Positions 12,291 to 23,724 of a DNA stretch of 64,000 nt are shown here, in pieces. The position numbers and the translations under genes are program-made. Every line of letters begins with the position of its first letter. The stretch's first letter is position 1. Source of the stretch: Podarcis vaucheri (taxonomy: Eukaryota); NCBI GenBank assembly GCA_965113315.1, contig OZ220363.1; one strand, written 5' to 3'. Below the pieces are notes generated by a model, which saw only the letters and a program-made list of their open reading frames with translations, did no database searches and was not told the DNA's origin.

Positions 12291-13110
12291 CAGATGTGGG
12301 GAACTTCAGACCCGAATGCATCCCTTGGGACTCTCCCCAGGCCACATCTCCACTGACCCTACTCTGTGACCTCCCTGGCTACTTTTGCCTGCCTGGGAAG
12401 CGCCTGTGAACTATGACAGTGCCTCTTGGATGGAGGATGGAGAGGCATGTGTGTGTGTCAGGTATGCGTGCAGAAGCCAGGCCCTGCGACCAATAGGACT
12501 TTGCAGGACTGGGGCCTTCCTAAGTTTGTTCTGAAGAGGCAAGGCGCCTCCTCACAGGTGAGGCTGATTGGTAACTCACAGCACCTGGTGGCAAGAGCTG
12601 GGAAGGGATATAAGGTCAGCATTTCCCTTCGGGTCTTTGCCACAACAACACGCTTCCTGCATTGCTGCGTTTGGCTTCTTGCTTCCTGATCCTTGAACCT
12701 TGGTTTCTTGACTCCCTGCTTCTTGATCCTCGGACCCTTAGGACTCCTTGCTTCCTGACCCTCGGACCCTTGGCTTCTTGATTCCCGGTTCTCTGACTCT
12801 CAGACTCTTGGCTTCCTGACTCCTGGCTTCTGGACCCCCATTCCTGCTCCCACCCCGCCATCTTACCCCCGGTCCTGACATCCCCTGCCGGGACTTCGAT
12901 TGCCCATGAACTGGACCATGACGGCTAGAATTGTAGAATGTAGCCTACTGTCCAAAGGTAAGAGTCGTCACATCTGTTGCTCCATCACATTTGTTCCTGA
13001 TCCTGCCCACGACTTCCTCAAGAAGATGCCCCACAGAGCAATGCAGACCTTGAAGTGAAAAGGTCCCCCCCCCCGTACCACCACAATGCCAAATACCTGA
13101 CCCTGGGCTC
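12291..13110 (+). mobile_element. Degenerate hAT-like repeat split by an LTR
   Basis: The two flanks of the 12456-12923 insert align colinearly with the uninterrupted copy at 63051-63365 (GAACTATGACA...TTGGATGGAGGAT...GTGTGTG / TACTGT...GGTAAGAGT). Confidence 0.6.
12456..12923 (+). mobile_element. Probable solo LTR
   Basis: Starts TGTCAGG; CCAAT/ATTGG motifs; TATAA near 12608; pyrimidine-rich internal repeats (CTTCCTGACTC-like); ends at CCTGACA (12880) or CCATGACG (12923); interrupts another repeat. No clean TSD. Confidence 0.65.
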
Positions 13111-13614
13111 TTACTGACAAGCCAACCTGTAACAATATCAGAGGATGTCAGTACAGTAAGGGATTGACCTATAGGAAATAAATAAGATTTGCTAGGGAAA
13201 TAATGTGCATCTCTGGGCATTGTCCTTTGCCATCCCTGGGAACTTTGAAGCTGGTCTTTTCCAGATGTGCTGTCAGTTCATTCAAGCTACTTTTTCCATA
13301 CTGCTGTAATATAGTCCTTTTTTGTTTTTACTGTGCTCCACAATACTATGGAAAACACATTTCCCTCTCCACACAGTTTATGTCTGAACAGATATGGTGG
13401 CCTAGAGACTTTTCTAGAGATGGGTGACCTAGTTTGGGTAACAGCTGTGCTTTGGGAATTTCTTACAACATATTGCTGACGGTGTTTCAGATTAAGTATT
13501 CACAGCTGAGAGTTCATTTGCGCTACCGTAATTGTTTGTTATTGCATTCAGGCTTAGGAGTCATGTGGGGTCACGTTGTTGAGGAACACATTTGAGGACC
13601 ACAGTAAACGTTAG

Positions 13615-13865
13615 GTTTCTCCAATGATCTTGAATCTGATACAAGAAAGGAGATGTTCCTAAACATCAGGAACAACTTTCTGATGGTATGAGCTGTTCGA
13701 CAGTGGAACAGACTCCCTTGGGAGATTGTGGACTCTCCTTCCTTGGAGGTTGTTAAGCAGAGGTTGGATGGCCATCTGTCATGGATGCTTTAGTTGTGAT
13801 TCCTGCATTGCAGGGGGTTGGACTAGATGACTCTTGGTTCTCTTCCAACTCCATGATTCTCTGAA
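13615..13865 (+). mobile_element. CR1 3' end
   Basis: AAACATCAGGAACAACTTTCTGATGG...TTCCAACTCCATGATTCT. Confidence 0.9.
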
Positions 13866-13889
13866 CCTCTGACTGAGGAACTGATTCTC

Positions 13890-14042
13890 CTTCTTTGGAG
13901 TCTCCTTCTTTGGAGGTCTTTAAGCAGAGGCTTGACAACCATATGTCAGGAGTGCTCTGATGGTGTTTCCTGCTTGGCAGGGGGTTGGACTCGATGGCCC
14001 TTGTGGTCTCTTCCAACTCTATGATTCTATGATTCTATGATT
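13890..14042 (+). mobile_element. CR1 3' end (second subfamily)
   Basis: ...GGCCCTTGTGGTCTCTTCCAACTCTATGATTCTATGATTCTATGATT tail; same subfamily as 55871-55959. Confidence 0.9.
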
Positions 14043-14569
14043 GACAAGCTTATCTGAATCATCTCATTACTGGCAGACATGGTGTTCCTTCTTTCTAACC
14101 AGACCCACATTAGTCCTGTCAGGGAAAAAGGCAGGGTATAAATAAATATATAATAACACACAGCTTTTGTTTTGCTCATTAGTAGTACTATGGGTCAGCC
14201 TTCAACATGAAGGGAAATGGCATTAACCATTTCCTCTCAACCCCTTACTCCATTTTCCCTGGTTTGTTGCCTAGACTGGTTATAGGCCCAGCATTAGGGT
14301 TGATCACATCTGGCATTTGCTGACAGATAGAGCTCTCAAGATGGCCCACTGCCTACCCTGCTGTTGATCCAAAATGCCAGATGAAATCACCTGGACTCGG
14401 AACTCCACCCAATACTGGAGCCCAGACGGTTGTAGCTGGCACCCACCATTTTAAGTCTTCCAAAATTATAATTTGTCAGAGGTAATATGTTTCTGAATAC
14501 CAGTTGCTGGAAACTACAGGAAGCAAGAGTATTGTGGAGCTCTGGCCCTGCTTGCAGGCTTCCTGGGCT

Positions 14570-14817
14570 GCTTCCAACATATATAAAAACATAACAAAAC
14601 ATTAAGCATTCAAAAAAAAAATAAATAAACACCTTCCCTATACAGGTTTGCCTTCAGATGGTTTGGGGGTTGGATAACTCCATACCCTCCAACATTTCTC
14701 CGATGAAAATAGGAACAGCCTAAGGAAAAGAGGGACATTCTGGGATCAGATCAGAAACCAGGACGGCTTCTCTAAATCAGGGACATCCCAGGAAAATAGG
14801 GACACTTGGAGGGTCTG
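14570..14817 (-). mobile_element. Composite non-autonomous DNA element (CAKACCCTCCAA ends), partial
   Basis: Reverse complement aligns with 24428-24820 and 40442-40992. Confidence 0.8.
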
Positions 14818-14966
14818 GAACAGCATGCTGGACAGGATAGACTCTTCCTATAATTCATTAGATCTCTTGCCTATCCTTCATCATAAGATTCCAAGGAGAA
14901 TTGCAGCAATTCAAAAATACAACATTAAAATCAGTTACATGAATTGGCAATCGTAAGAGTCCTAGA

Positions 14967-15845
14967 CTCCCTGCTTATTTAACTTATATGCAGAATTCAT
15001 CATGCGAAAGGTTGGGCTGGATGAATCCCAAGCCGGAATTAAGATTGCCGGAAGAAATATCAACAACCTCAGATATGCAGATGACACAACCTTGATGGCA
15101 GAAAGTGAAGAGGAATTAAAGAACCTTTTAATGAGGGTGAAAGAGGAGAGCGCAAAATATGGTCTGAAGCTCAACATCAAAAAAACGAAGATCATAGCCA
15201 CTGGTCCCATCACCTCCTGGCAAACAGAAGGGGAAGAAATGGAGGCAGTGAGAGATTTTACTTTCTTGGGCTCCATGATCAGTGCAGATGGTGACAGCAG
15301 CCACAAAATTAAAAGGCGTCTGCTTCTTGGGAGAAAAGCAATGACAAACATAGACAGCATCTTAAAAAGCAGAGACATCACCTTGCCAACAAAGGTCCGT
15401 ATAGTTAAAGCTAGGGTTTTCCCAGTAGTTATGTATGGAAGTGAGAGCTGGACCATAAAGAAGGCTGATCGCCGAAGAATTGATGCTTTTGAATTATGGT
15501 GCTGGAGGAGACTCTTGAGAGTCCCATGGACTGCAAGAAGATCAAACCTCTCCATTCTTAAGGAAATCAGCCCTGAGTGCTCACTGGAAGGACAGATCGT
15601 GAAGCTGAGGCTCCAATACTTTGGCCACCTCATGAGAAGAGAAGACTCCCTGGAAAAGACCCTGATGTTGGGAAAGATTGAGGGCACAAGGAGAAGGGGA
15701 CGACAGAGGATGAGATGGTTGGACAGTGTTCTCGAAGCTGCAAACATGAGCCTGACCAAACTGTGGGAGGCAGTGGAAGACAGGAGTGCCTGGCGTGCTC
15801 TGGTCCATGGGGTCACGAAGAGTCGGACACAACTAAATGACAAAA
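14967..15845 (+). mobile_element. 5'-truncated RTE-BovB LINE; reverse transcriptase C-terminal region
   Basis: Uninterrupted frame (ORF 15002-15925) with RT motif NINNLRYADDTTLMAESEEELK, plus VVMYGSESWT, IDAFELWCWRRLLRVPWT, LQYFGHLMRR and WRALVHGVTKSRT, all characteristic of BovB/RTE. Confidence 0.96.
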
Positions 15846-15849
15846 CCAT

Positions 15850-16075
15850 AGAAACAATTACGGTAACTCAGGTGTCAAAGCCCAGGGTAAAGAGGTACGT
15901 CTTCGACAGATGTCACATGCAATGAAGATGAGGCACCAATGGGCATTGCTCCAGAGTTGGCAGCAGTGCTTGCTGGCTAAACCGCGTTGCTTTAGCTGCT
16001 GCTGCCTGACACCACCAAGATAAGGAAAGGTCACCACTGCCATGGAGGAGCCCATCTGGGAGAGGGGCCCAAAGT
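15850..16075 (-). mobile_element. L2-like 3' fragment (host of the BovB insertion)
   Basis: Resembles the L2 3' remnants at 46012-46340; appears to continue sequence left of the BovB insert. Confidence 0.45.
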
Positions 16076-17514
16076 GGCCACCAAGCCTTGTGCCTGCCCT
16101 GGTGGCTTACCTGAAGGGTGATTTTATCATCACAAGACTGTGACTAGATCAAGATCATCCACTAATTTATGATTAAAACAGGGGCTTGAAGCTAGGTCTC
16201 CCCAGTATAAGACCAACCCTCCGTCCATTATGCCATGATGACTCTCACAGAGAGGTTGACCTGAAAAGAAATAGAGATCTGCTGAACCTTCCACTGCTCC
16301 AGCTCCATGCCAGCAGGAAGTAAGAGAAGGGCCTTTTCTTCTAGTAGGAATGCAGTGATGTAGCACAGCAATGTCAGGCCCCACCGTTCCCTCTCCAATG
16401 CAAGCAGGAGCAACTCGATCTGCACAATGTTTTGAATGAGAATAATTTGCGATTGCTACTTAGTTCTGCTGTAGCACTGACTTCATGTTGCAGTGCTGCC
16501 TAACTTTCCCCTGCTGGCTATGAAATCAACTCACAGCTGCCCCAGGAAAACAGTGCCAAGAACCAACAGATACAATTCTCTCAAATCTGAATTCCATCTG
16601 AATTCTCAAGTCTGAATTCCATAGGAGGCTAGGCACCGGCAGATTACCCAGGCAAGCCCATGGGAGGTATTTTATGGCTTGGATTCACATGTGCTGCATA
16701 TGTACTGGCACAGTGTTGCCACCTTTACCAGGGCTTGCAGTGGCCTGTGCTTATTTGCATGCATGCATGCATTCAAAACCACATTTTTGTTGTTGCAAAG
16801 GCTGGATTCAAATAAAGGTCAAGGTGGTGGCAATATATATCTCAATATGGCTGAGTTGCAAGCGGCCAAATAGTAAGTGTTATAAGCCCACGGTCTGAAC
16901 GGGCTGGCCTCTTTATTCCCTGCGCTCAGAGCTAAGCACAGAATGGGAAAATAAATAGAAGCTGAGCCATCCCTTTACTCCTAATGTGACTCACTTTACT
17001 TGTGGATTGAAATACATTTAGCTAGCAATAAATAACAGTTTTACAATAATAAAGTTTCACTTTCATATGCTTCCATACTTTCTGAGTCCAGCCAGCAGTG
17101 GAAGCTGGAAAAGGCCAATATTCCGGGAGTGAAGATTTTCCTGACCTCTCTAGAATTAGGCAGGATGACAAGTCTCCTGGCATCCCTGTCAGTTTTGCTG
17201 GTTTGGACAAAAACCCAAGCTCTGGGATGATGGGATTGCAATGCACATCCAAAAGCCTTTCGCCTGTTGCTAACTAACCATTATGAAATCAAATGTGCAC
17301 TGAAATTTATTTTATTTGAATGGTAAAGGAAATTCATCATGGTCCAAGAGCAACAGATTATAAATTTACCCACTGACCCTACCAAGACATAGATTGATCA
17401 CAAAAGTTGGGTCCAGCTGTACATTCCTGCATTAAGGCACAGTGAATTAACTGTGCACTCACCTATAAACATAAGCCAGCCTCCAGCCTCCCCTTTTTTT
17501 CCTTGATGAAGAAG

Positions 17515-18015
17515 AGGAATGGGGGACTTGTGACCCTTCGGATGTTGTTGAACTCCAGTTCCCATTAGCCCCAGCCATGATGGCCCATGTTTAGGGATTA
17601 TGGGTGTTGTAGTCCAACAATGTGGGACGCGGGCGGCATTGTGGGTTAAACCACAGAGCCTAGGACTTGCCAGTCAGAAGGTCAGTGGTTCGAATCCCCG
17701 CGACGGGGTGAGCTCCCGTTGCTCGGTCCCTGCTCCTGCCAACCTAGCAGTTCGAAAGTGCGTCAAAGTGCAAGTAGATAAATAGGTACTGCTCCGGCGG
17801 GAAGGTAAATTTCGTTTCCGTGCGCTGCTGTGGTTCGCCAGAAGTGGCTTAGTCATCCTGGCCACATGACCTGGAAGGTGCACGCCGGCTCCCTTGGCCA
17901 ATAAAGAGAGATGAGCACTGCAACCCCAGAGTCGGTCACGACTGGACCTAATGGTCAGGGGTCACCTTTACCTTTAGTCCAACAACAACTGGAGGGCCAC
18001 AGATTCCCCACACCT
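17515..18015. mobile_element. Degenerate hAT palindromic MITE hosting a Sauria SINE
   Basis: Arms GGATGTTGTTGAACTCCAGTTCCCAT / ATGGGTGTTGTAGTCCAACAA...CTGGAGGGCCACAG are related to 3923-4058. Confidence 0.75.
17621..17974 (+). mobile_element. Sauria SINE, full length
   Basis: GGGACGCGGG start, pol III A/B boxes, ACCTTT tail; TSD TAGTCCAACAA (17610-17620, 17975-17985). Confidence 0.95.
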
Positions 18016-18072
18016 AGCCTAGAAGAAATCCCTGCTGCCAAGGAACCTTATAGAACCATGGTAATAATACCA

Positions 18073-18262
18073 GGACATAGGAACATAGGAAGCTGCCTTA
18101 TACCAAATCAGATCATTGGTCCATCTACCTCAACATTGCCTGCACTGACTGGCAGTGGCTCTCCAGGGTTTCAGGCAGCGTTCTCTTCCTGCCATACCTG
18201 GAGATACAAGGGATTGAACCTGTGACCTTCTGCATGCAAAGGAGATGCTCTATCATGGAGCT
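18073..18262 (-). mobile_element. tRNA-headed SINE with CR1-like tail
   Basis: Minus strand has a tRNA-like head (AGCTCCATGATAGAGCATCT...GGTTCAATCCC) and ends AAGGCAGCTTCCTATGTTCCTATGT; older copies lie near 21480-21620, 43020-43190 and 44560-44710. Confidence 0.75.
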
Positions 18263-18511
18263 TTGAATGGAACCTGAATTTCTGTCTCTTACCCCACCCC
18301 CATTGGAGATATTTGGTGGCATGGCCCTTACAAATTCTCAGCCCACAAACAGGGCAGAGAATTTTGAGAGGCTATTTGTGCAAGGCTCATATTATTCTGT
18401 TGAGCAAATAGATGCTCCAGAACTTGGAAACATTTATGTGAGCCAGGCCACATTCACACCACATATTTAAAGCACTTTAAACAGCCCTGGCTTCCCCCAA
18501 AGGATCCTGGG

Positions 18512-18877
18512 CAGGGGCGCCGACTTATAAAAAATATTGGGGGAGCCCATGAATAATAAATAATTAATAATAAATGAAAGCTCATGAATATTAAATAAGC
18601 TCATGAATATGCAAATAAAGTGGCGCCGCCTCCTCGTGAGCGAATAGGGGAGAGCGTGCTGCACCTATTAATCAGCTCCGAAGGAAATTGGGTGGAGCTT
18701 TTGCTCGGGAGGGAGGGCAGGAGGCATGCAGCCCGACCCTGTGCATTTTGGGCTGGGGGAGGGGCAGCGATGGCACTCTGCTGGAGGGGCGCTGGAGATT
18801 ATTGGGGGGCGGAACCCCCCAAACGAATTTTTGAGGGGGCTCTGGCCCCCTCAGGCCCCATGGAGTCGGTGCCTATG
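18512..18877. mobile_element. hAT non-autonomous element
   Basis: Perfect 8-bp TSD ATCCTGGG (18504-18511, 18878-18885); TIRs CAGGGGCGCCGACT / AGTCGGTGCCTATG. Confidence 0.9.
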
Positions 18878-18933
18878 ATCCTGGGAGATGTAGTTTGTTA
18901 AGCGTGTTGAGTGTTGTTAGGAAACCCCTATTC

Positions 18934-19037
18934 TAGGGTTGCCATATGTCCGGAATTTCCTGGACACAGTGCAGTCAGATGTACTGCGGGCAGAAATTGG
19001 CAAAATGTCCAGGGAAATCCTGACGTATGATAACCTA
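18934..19037. mobile_element. hAT-like MITE (TAGGGTTGCCA end)
   Basis: TAGGGTTGCCATATGTCCGGAATTTCC with an inverted degenerate end GGAAATCCTGACGTATGATAACCTA; the true right boundary may lie beyond the LTR. Confidence 0.65.
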
Positions 19038-19044
19038 TGTCGGC

Positions 19045-19370
19045 TGTTATGTACTGAGTTGAATAGAATCCAAAATGCAGCAGTCTGATTGGTCCTAGAA
19101 CAATAGGATTCAGAATGCAGCAGTCTGATTGGTCCTAGAACAATGTAGCAGTATGATTGGTCCACAGGAGCCACCCAATCCAGCTCCAGGTGGAAGTGAA
19201 TCCACAACCTGATTGGCCTACAAGAGAATCCCGGAATTAGCCAATCACGTGCAGCCCATTGTGTAAATAATGTATATAAAGCAAATATTGAGGGGGAACT
19301 TACATTCCTCCTCACCACTATGAGCTGAATAAAGAGCATGAAATCCACTCTCGACTCCGTGTATATTTCA
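19045..19370 (+). mobile_element. Solo LTR, 326 bp
   Basis: TG...CA ends; perfect 5-bp TSD TCGGC (19040-19044, 19371-19375); six CCAAT/ATTGG boxes, CACGTG, TATATAAA at 19273, AATAAA at 19328. Confidence 0.93.
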
Positions 19371-22164
19371 TCGGCAGTGTCATTTTTGCCAATTTTTAAC
19401 AATCAAGCCCCCTTCAAAGGGAATTCAGCTTTGTAGCTCCATAGTTCCATGAGGGGAATAGGAGCCTCTTAGCAACTCTTGGCACCCTTAACCCCCAGAA
19501 TTCTTTGGGGGAAGCCATGACGGCTTAAAGAGGTTTCACAGCACTCTAAAAGTATGGTGTGAATGTGGCACCAGTGTAATATTATGATTAAAGTACAGAA
19601 TTAGGTATAGGGACTTGTGACTTTGGGCCTGTCTCAATCTCTCATCCTGCCTGACTTACCTAAGAGGGTTGTTGTGAGGTTAAAATGGGGTGCAGATGTG
19701 AGTTCCTTAAAGGAATGGCAAGTAAGAGATGGAATAAATATTTCTTACATAAATGTCTATCCTATTTTCTGTAGCTAGTACACTCAAGACGGCTCACAAA
19801 ACAGAAAGGGGCTATAAAATGGTAAAATAATAAATAAATTGCAGCAGTTGAAACATTCAATAGAAGACACAAAAGTTAATTAAAAGCATGCTGCAATAAA
19901 ATATTTGTGCTGGAGAGAGGCAGTTTTGGAATGAAACGACATATCACCAACTGTTGAGTCGTTGTCAGTTAGTTAGGAACTTGATTGATGAGGTGATTTG
20001 CTTTAAACAGGGCTTGAAATACTTTATTAGGTTGCGGACCAAGAATGTTGCAGAGGTTACAAATACCGTAGTTTCATTCCAAAAAGTGTAGATGTGGAAA
20101 ATCGAGAGTAGCAAGAAAAGAAGAAGAAAAGAAGAAGAAGGTAGGGTGGGAAGGTGAGAGACGGAAGAAAATGAAAAGGCCTCTGTGATCCTTAAAAAAA
20201 AATCCTAGCACAAATTTTGCAAAATGAGATTCTTGTGTCCAGGGTCTGGCTGTCACTGACATTTCCTCATGGTGCAGAAAAGGTGGTGACTAAACCTGAT
20301 CCTAAACATGCTTGCTCAAAAGTCAAACCCAGTGTGATCAGGCCTGTAAAACGTGGGATTTCAGATTTAGTACTTCTCACAACCAGCTGGCAAGGGGGTA
20401 AAACTACTGTCTCAGCCTCCCATGCCCCTCCAGTGAGGGTTCCCGTGAGATGCTTACCCATAGAAAACAAGCTCATTAGCCTACAACCTTTCCCCCCGAA
20501 GTCTAAATTTCTATGTGCAGGGTGGATTTTGTACATCACCTGCAGTCTGCAGAAGTCCATACAGTACACAGGTTTACTGTTTGTCCTCATCCTTAAGGTG
20601 CCTTGGTTAAGTCTTGGTTGTTTTGGCTGCAAGGAACAGGCTCACACATTTACCCTTCTGGAATGTTGAGTATTTTAGCTTTTTCAGATGCTTTCAATGC
20701 TGCTGACCACAAGGTGGCATTGACCCATCTTAGCAGACCACTGGAAACGAAAGGGAGCTGCTTATGCAACCAGCTCTACTCCTGTCTTCATGAGCAACCC
20801 TGGAGATTTAAGTAGTGCTAAACTGACAGCTTTTGGAATAGGGATACATGACTGCTCCTTTAATGTGCATGCTAAGTGGGTGTCTTTTCTTTAGGGATGA
20901 TTTTAATGGATTAACTGACTCTTGGTGGGTCTGTAGTTCACTCCCATTCCACCTTGTAGTACTTTTGGTAGCAGGTAGTACTGTCAGGTCAGAAGCTGCA
21001 TGAGTGTCTGTTTATTGAGCATTCCTCCAGATTTGCTTGAGCAATGCTAATGCGCAGATTTTACTGTGTCGAGTCTTCATTGAGCATTAGTTCTGATTTG
21101 TTTTTGAGGCAGTTAAGCTGCAATGAGCATTTGCCCTGCATTTGTGCAGATCTGCTTGCAGAGTGTTTATACATCTTCCTGTTAACCATTCATGCACCCC
21201 ATACTTTACATTGCTTCTTGGGTCACTTTCTCAACCTCAAAAAATTCCTTTTTTAAAAAATAAATAAGTGGATTTGCTGCAGTTGGGCATCAGAGTGCTT
21301 TAGTCCACTTTAATTGTGCAAATCTCATGTTTGAATCCCTCATGCAAAACAGCCAGACAGGAGGCACACCAGGCCTTTTTTAACAACACTGCAACCACAA
21401 AGGCATCTGTTGTGGCATCAAATGAGAGTTCCACTTATTCCAGGAAGTGGTAGGAGCATGGGAGTGATGGGTAAAGTGGAACATTGGAAGCTGCCTTATA
21501 TCAAGGATTGGCTACAATGTCTGGCAGTGACTTCCTATGGCTTCAGCCAGCAGTCTTTCCAACAGTCCTAACCAGGGATATTGGGGATTGAAACTAGGAT
21601 CCTTTGCATGCAGAGCCTGGGGGTCTTTCTCTGGCCAAGGCCCTTTCAGAGAGTGAAGCAAGGTAGTAAGACTGTTAGAGCTGACAGCAAGTCCTCCGGG
21701 TGGTGTGATCTGGCAGCATTATGTACAAGAAGTAGGGCAAAGGTAGAGTGAAGAAAACATGCCAAATGACAAGGGCATTTTATGCAACAGTGAATGTGCG
21801 GATGAGCGGTCACTTGACCTGAGCATGCAAAGTGCTGGCTTGCTTTTGGAGCGAGCCGTGATGATCAAGCCTGATGATCTGTGCCACTCACAAGTGTTAG
21901 GTGTGATGAATCAGTTTCCCCAAGAATCAGGTATACTCTTAAACACTTCAAATGTGATAGACAGCAGTAAATGTAGGAAGCGTCGCTATACTGAACAATT
22001 CTTACAACAAGCTTCCCTTACCTGCACATTTGATTACCTCCTTTGCGGATTGCCTGAAGTGAAAAACTCTGGAGAGAAGGTAGAATCTGCACATATGTAT
22101 TGCACATCCGTAATGGTTCCTGGCATGAACTGGATCTTGTATTATTTATATATATATATTTTAC

Positions 22165-22313
22165 CAGTACTTTTTTCTGGGGGGACGCAGAGGTATGCAT
22201 ACCCCCAAACATTTTGTTGAATCTAAGTTTGGCCTCATTGAGGGGCAGTATTTCAATATGAGTAGGAAAATGAGAGTACCCCTAAATATTTTTTTTTTAG
22301 AAAAAAAGCACTG
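22165..22313. mobile_element. hAT MITE (CAGTGCTTTTTT TIR family)
   Basis: TIRs CAGTACTTTTTTCT / AGAAAAAAAGCACTG; homologous to 41471-41616 and 63524-63637. Confidence 0.85.
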
Positions 22314-23724
22314 TTTTATTACTCTCCATTTCCCCCCAGAAAACTGAAACTTGACAGCTCAGTTTGAATTAACCTGATGTGCTAGCAGATGTGTTTTCAA
22401 AATGTTCATGAGTTATTTTAGTGAGGGGAAGTAAAAAAAAAGGAGGAATATATATAAGCAGAAAGGCATATATACACGACTTGAAAAGTGCTAAAATATA
22501 AGTACAAGGAACTAGGAAAGACGGAGAGCTGATCTGGTGAAAAAACCTGCCATGACAAATATCATACCTGTTTCCACCTAGAATGAAGTAAGGCGATACC
22601 TGTTGCTTTAAAAAACATGAGAACATTTGGAATGAAAGAAATCTCTTCAACTCCAAGCAAGCCTCAGAAAATAGCAACACAGCACTATCATTCATTCTGT
22701 GAACTAATGATATGTGAACAGAGCCTCCTGGCTTTTTGTTACAGTTCAAAGGACATGAAGTTGTGACATGCCTCCCATTCTTCTTCTTCTCCTCCACCCC
22801 CCTCCTGCGCTCCCCCTGCAGCGGTTCCGAGTCACGCTTTATGGAAGTGACAGGTGAATGAAATTTTACAAACCCAGGGCTTTCCTCTGATAAAACTCCA
22901 AACCCTCCAGTTCTTTGAATATCCCAGAGCTGAGCGCTCTGCTCTGAATCCCAATCAGTTAATATTAAAATCTATAGTACCTAGAAACCAGTGCAAAGGT
23001 TTAGAGGAGCAACAGAGATAAGATAAAAAAAGCTTCTGCTTGTGTGGAAACCTGTTCACCTCCCTGGCACTTTGCTTATATAATGAACAGCTGGTGCAAA
23101 AGATGACTGCCTGCCACCAGTGTGGTGTGTCAAGTGAGGTTCTTTCCATTTGTTCTCCATTCTCTTTTCACGTGGTAGCCTAATGCTCTCTGGTTTTCGA
23201 GAATCCTGGTGCAGCCCTGGAAGCAATCAAAATATATCTAATCGGCAACAATCAATAGATGTGTGTGTTTGTGTGTACATGCATGGATATTTTAAAAGCA
23301 ACAGCCTCCCAAACCTTTGTGAAATAGAAAGCTTGGCAGTTGTTACCCTTCTCGCTCCTGCAGCACGGTTACGTGTCAAGCTGCACCTGCCAAAAAATTC
23401 CCCTCCGCTGTCCAGTTGGTAAAGGAGCCCTTGTGTCTATTACATCCGATCACCCTTCGTCCCAGTTACATTGGCACCCTGGTCCATCACTTGATATTCA
23501 AGCGTGGTCTACACAGGCAGTAGAATAAGGTGGTAAGAAACCTGTGATGTCAGAGTGGATTGGACCACTTCAGGCTGCTGCTGGGATACCTTTATTAAAA
23601 AAACACACACACATTCCATCACTTTTTAAAAAAACAAGCACCCTGAACAACCTGAAACTAAAACACTAGCATGCAAGGTGAGAAAGGTTCTAGCATTGTC
23701 TGCTTTCTGTCTGGAAGTAAAATA

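Larger units (their letters stand above)
18447..19569. mobile_element. Palindromic MITE (possibly Harbinger-like) containing three nested inserts
   Basis: Inverted ends GCCACATTCACACCA / TGGTGTGAATGTGGC; long inverted arms (GGCTTCCCCCAAAG / CTTTGGGGGAAGCC; CCTATTC / GAATAGG). Confidence 0.8.

Noticed and set aside
12670-12840. Short degenerate direct repeats, superficially array-like
   Set aside because: Variable pyrimidine-rich units with no unique spacers, inside a probable LTR in eukaryotic DNA; not a CRISPR array.
14962-15849. 295-aa minus-strand ORF
   Set aside because: Antisense shadow of the BovB RT frame; no independent protein features.
17624-17705. tRNA-like sequences at SINE heads
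   Set aside because: They are SINE heads continuous with SINE bodies, not tRNA genes.
21759-22220. 153-aa plus-strand ORF
   Set aside because: Runs into a (TA) tract and a MITE; no recognisable domain.
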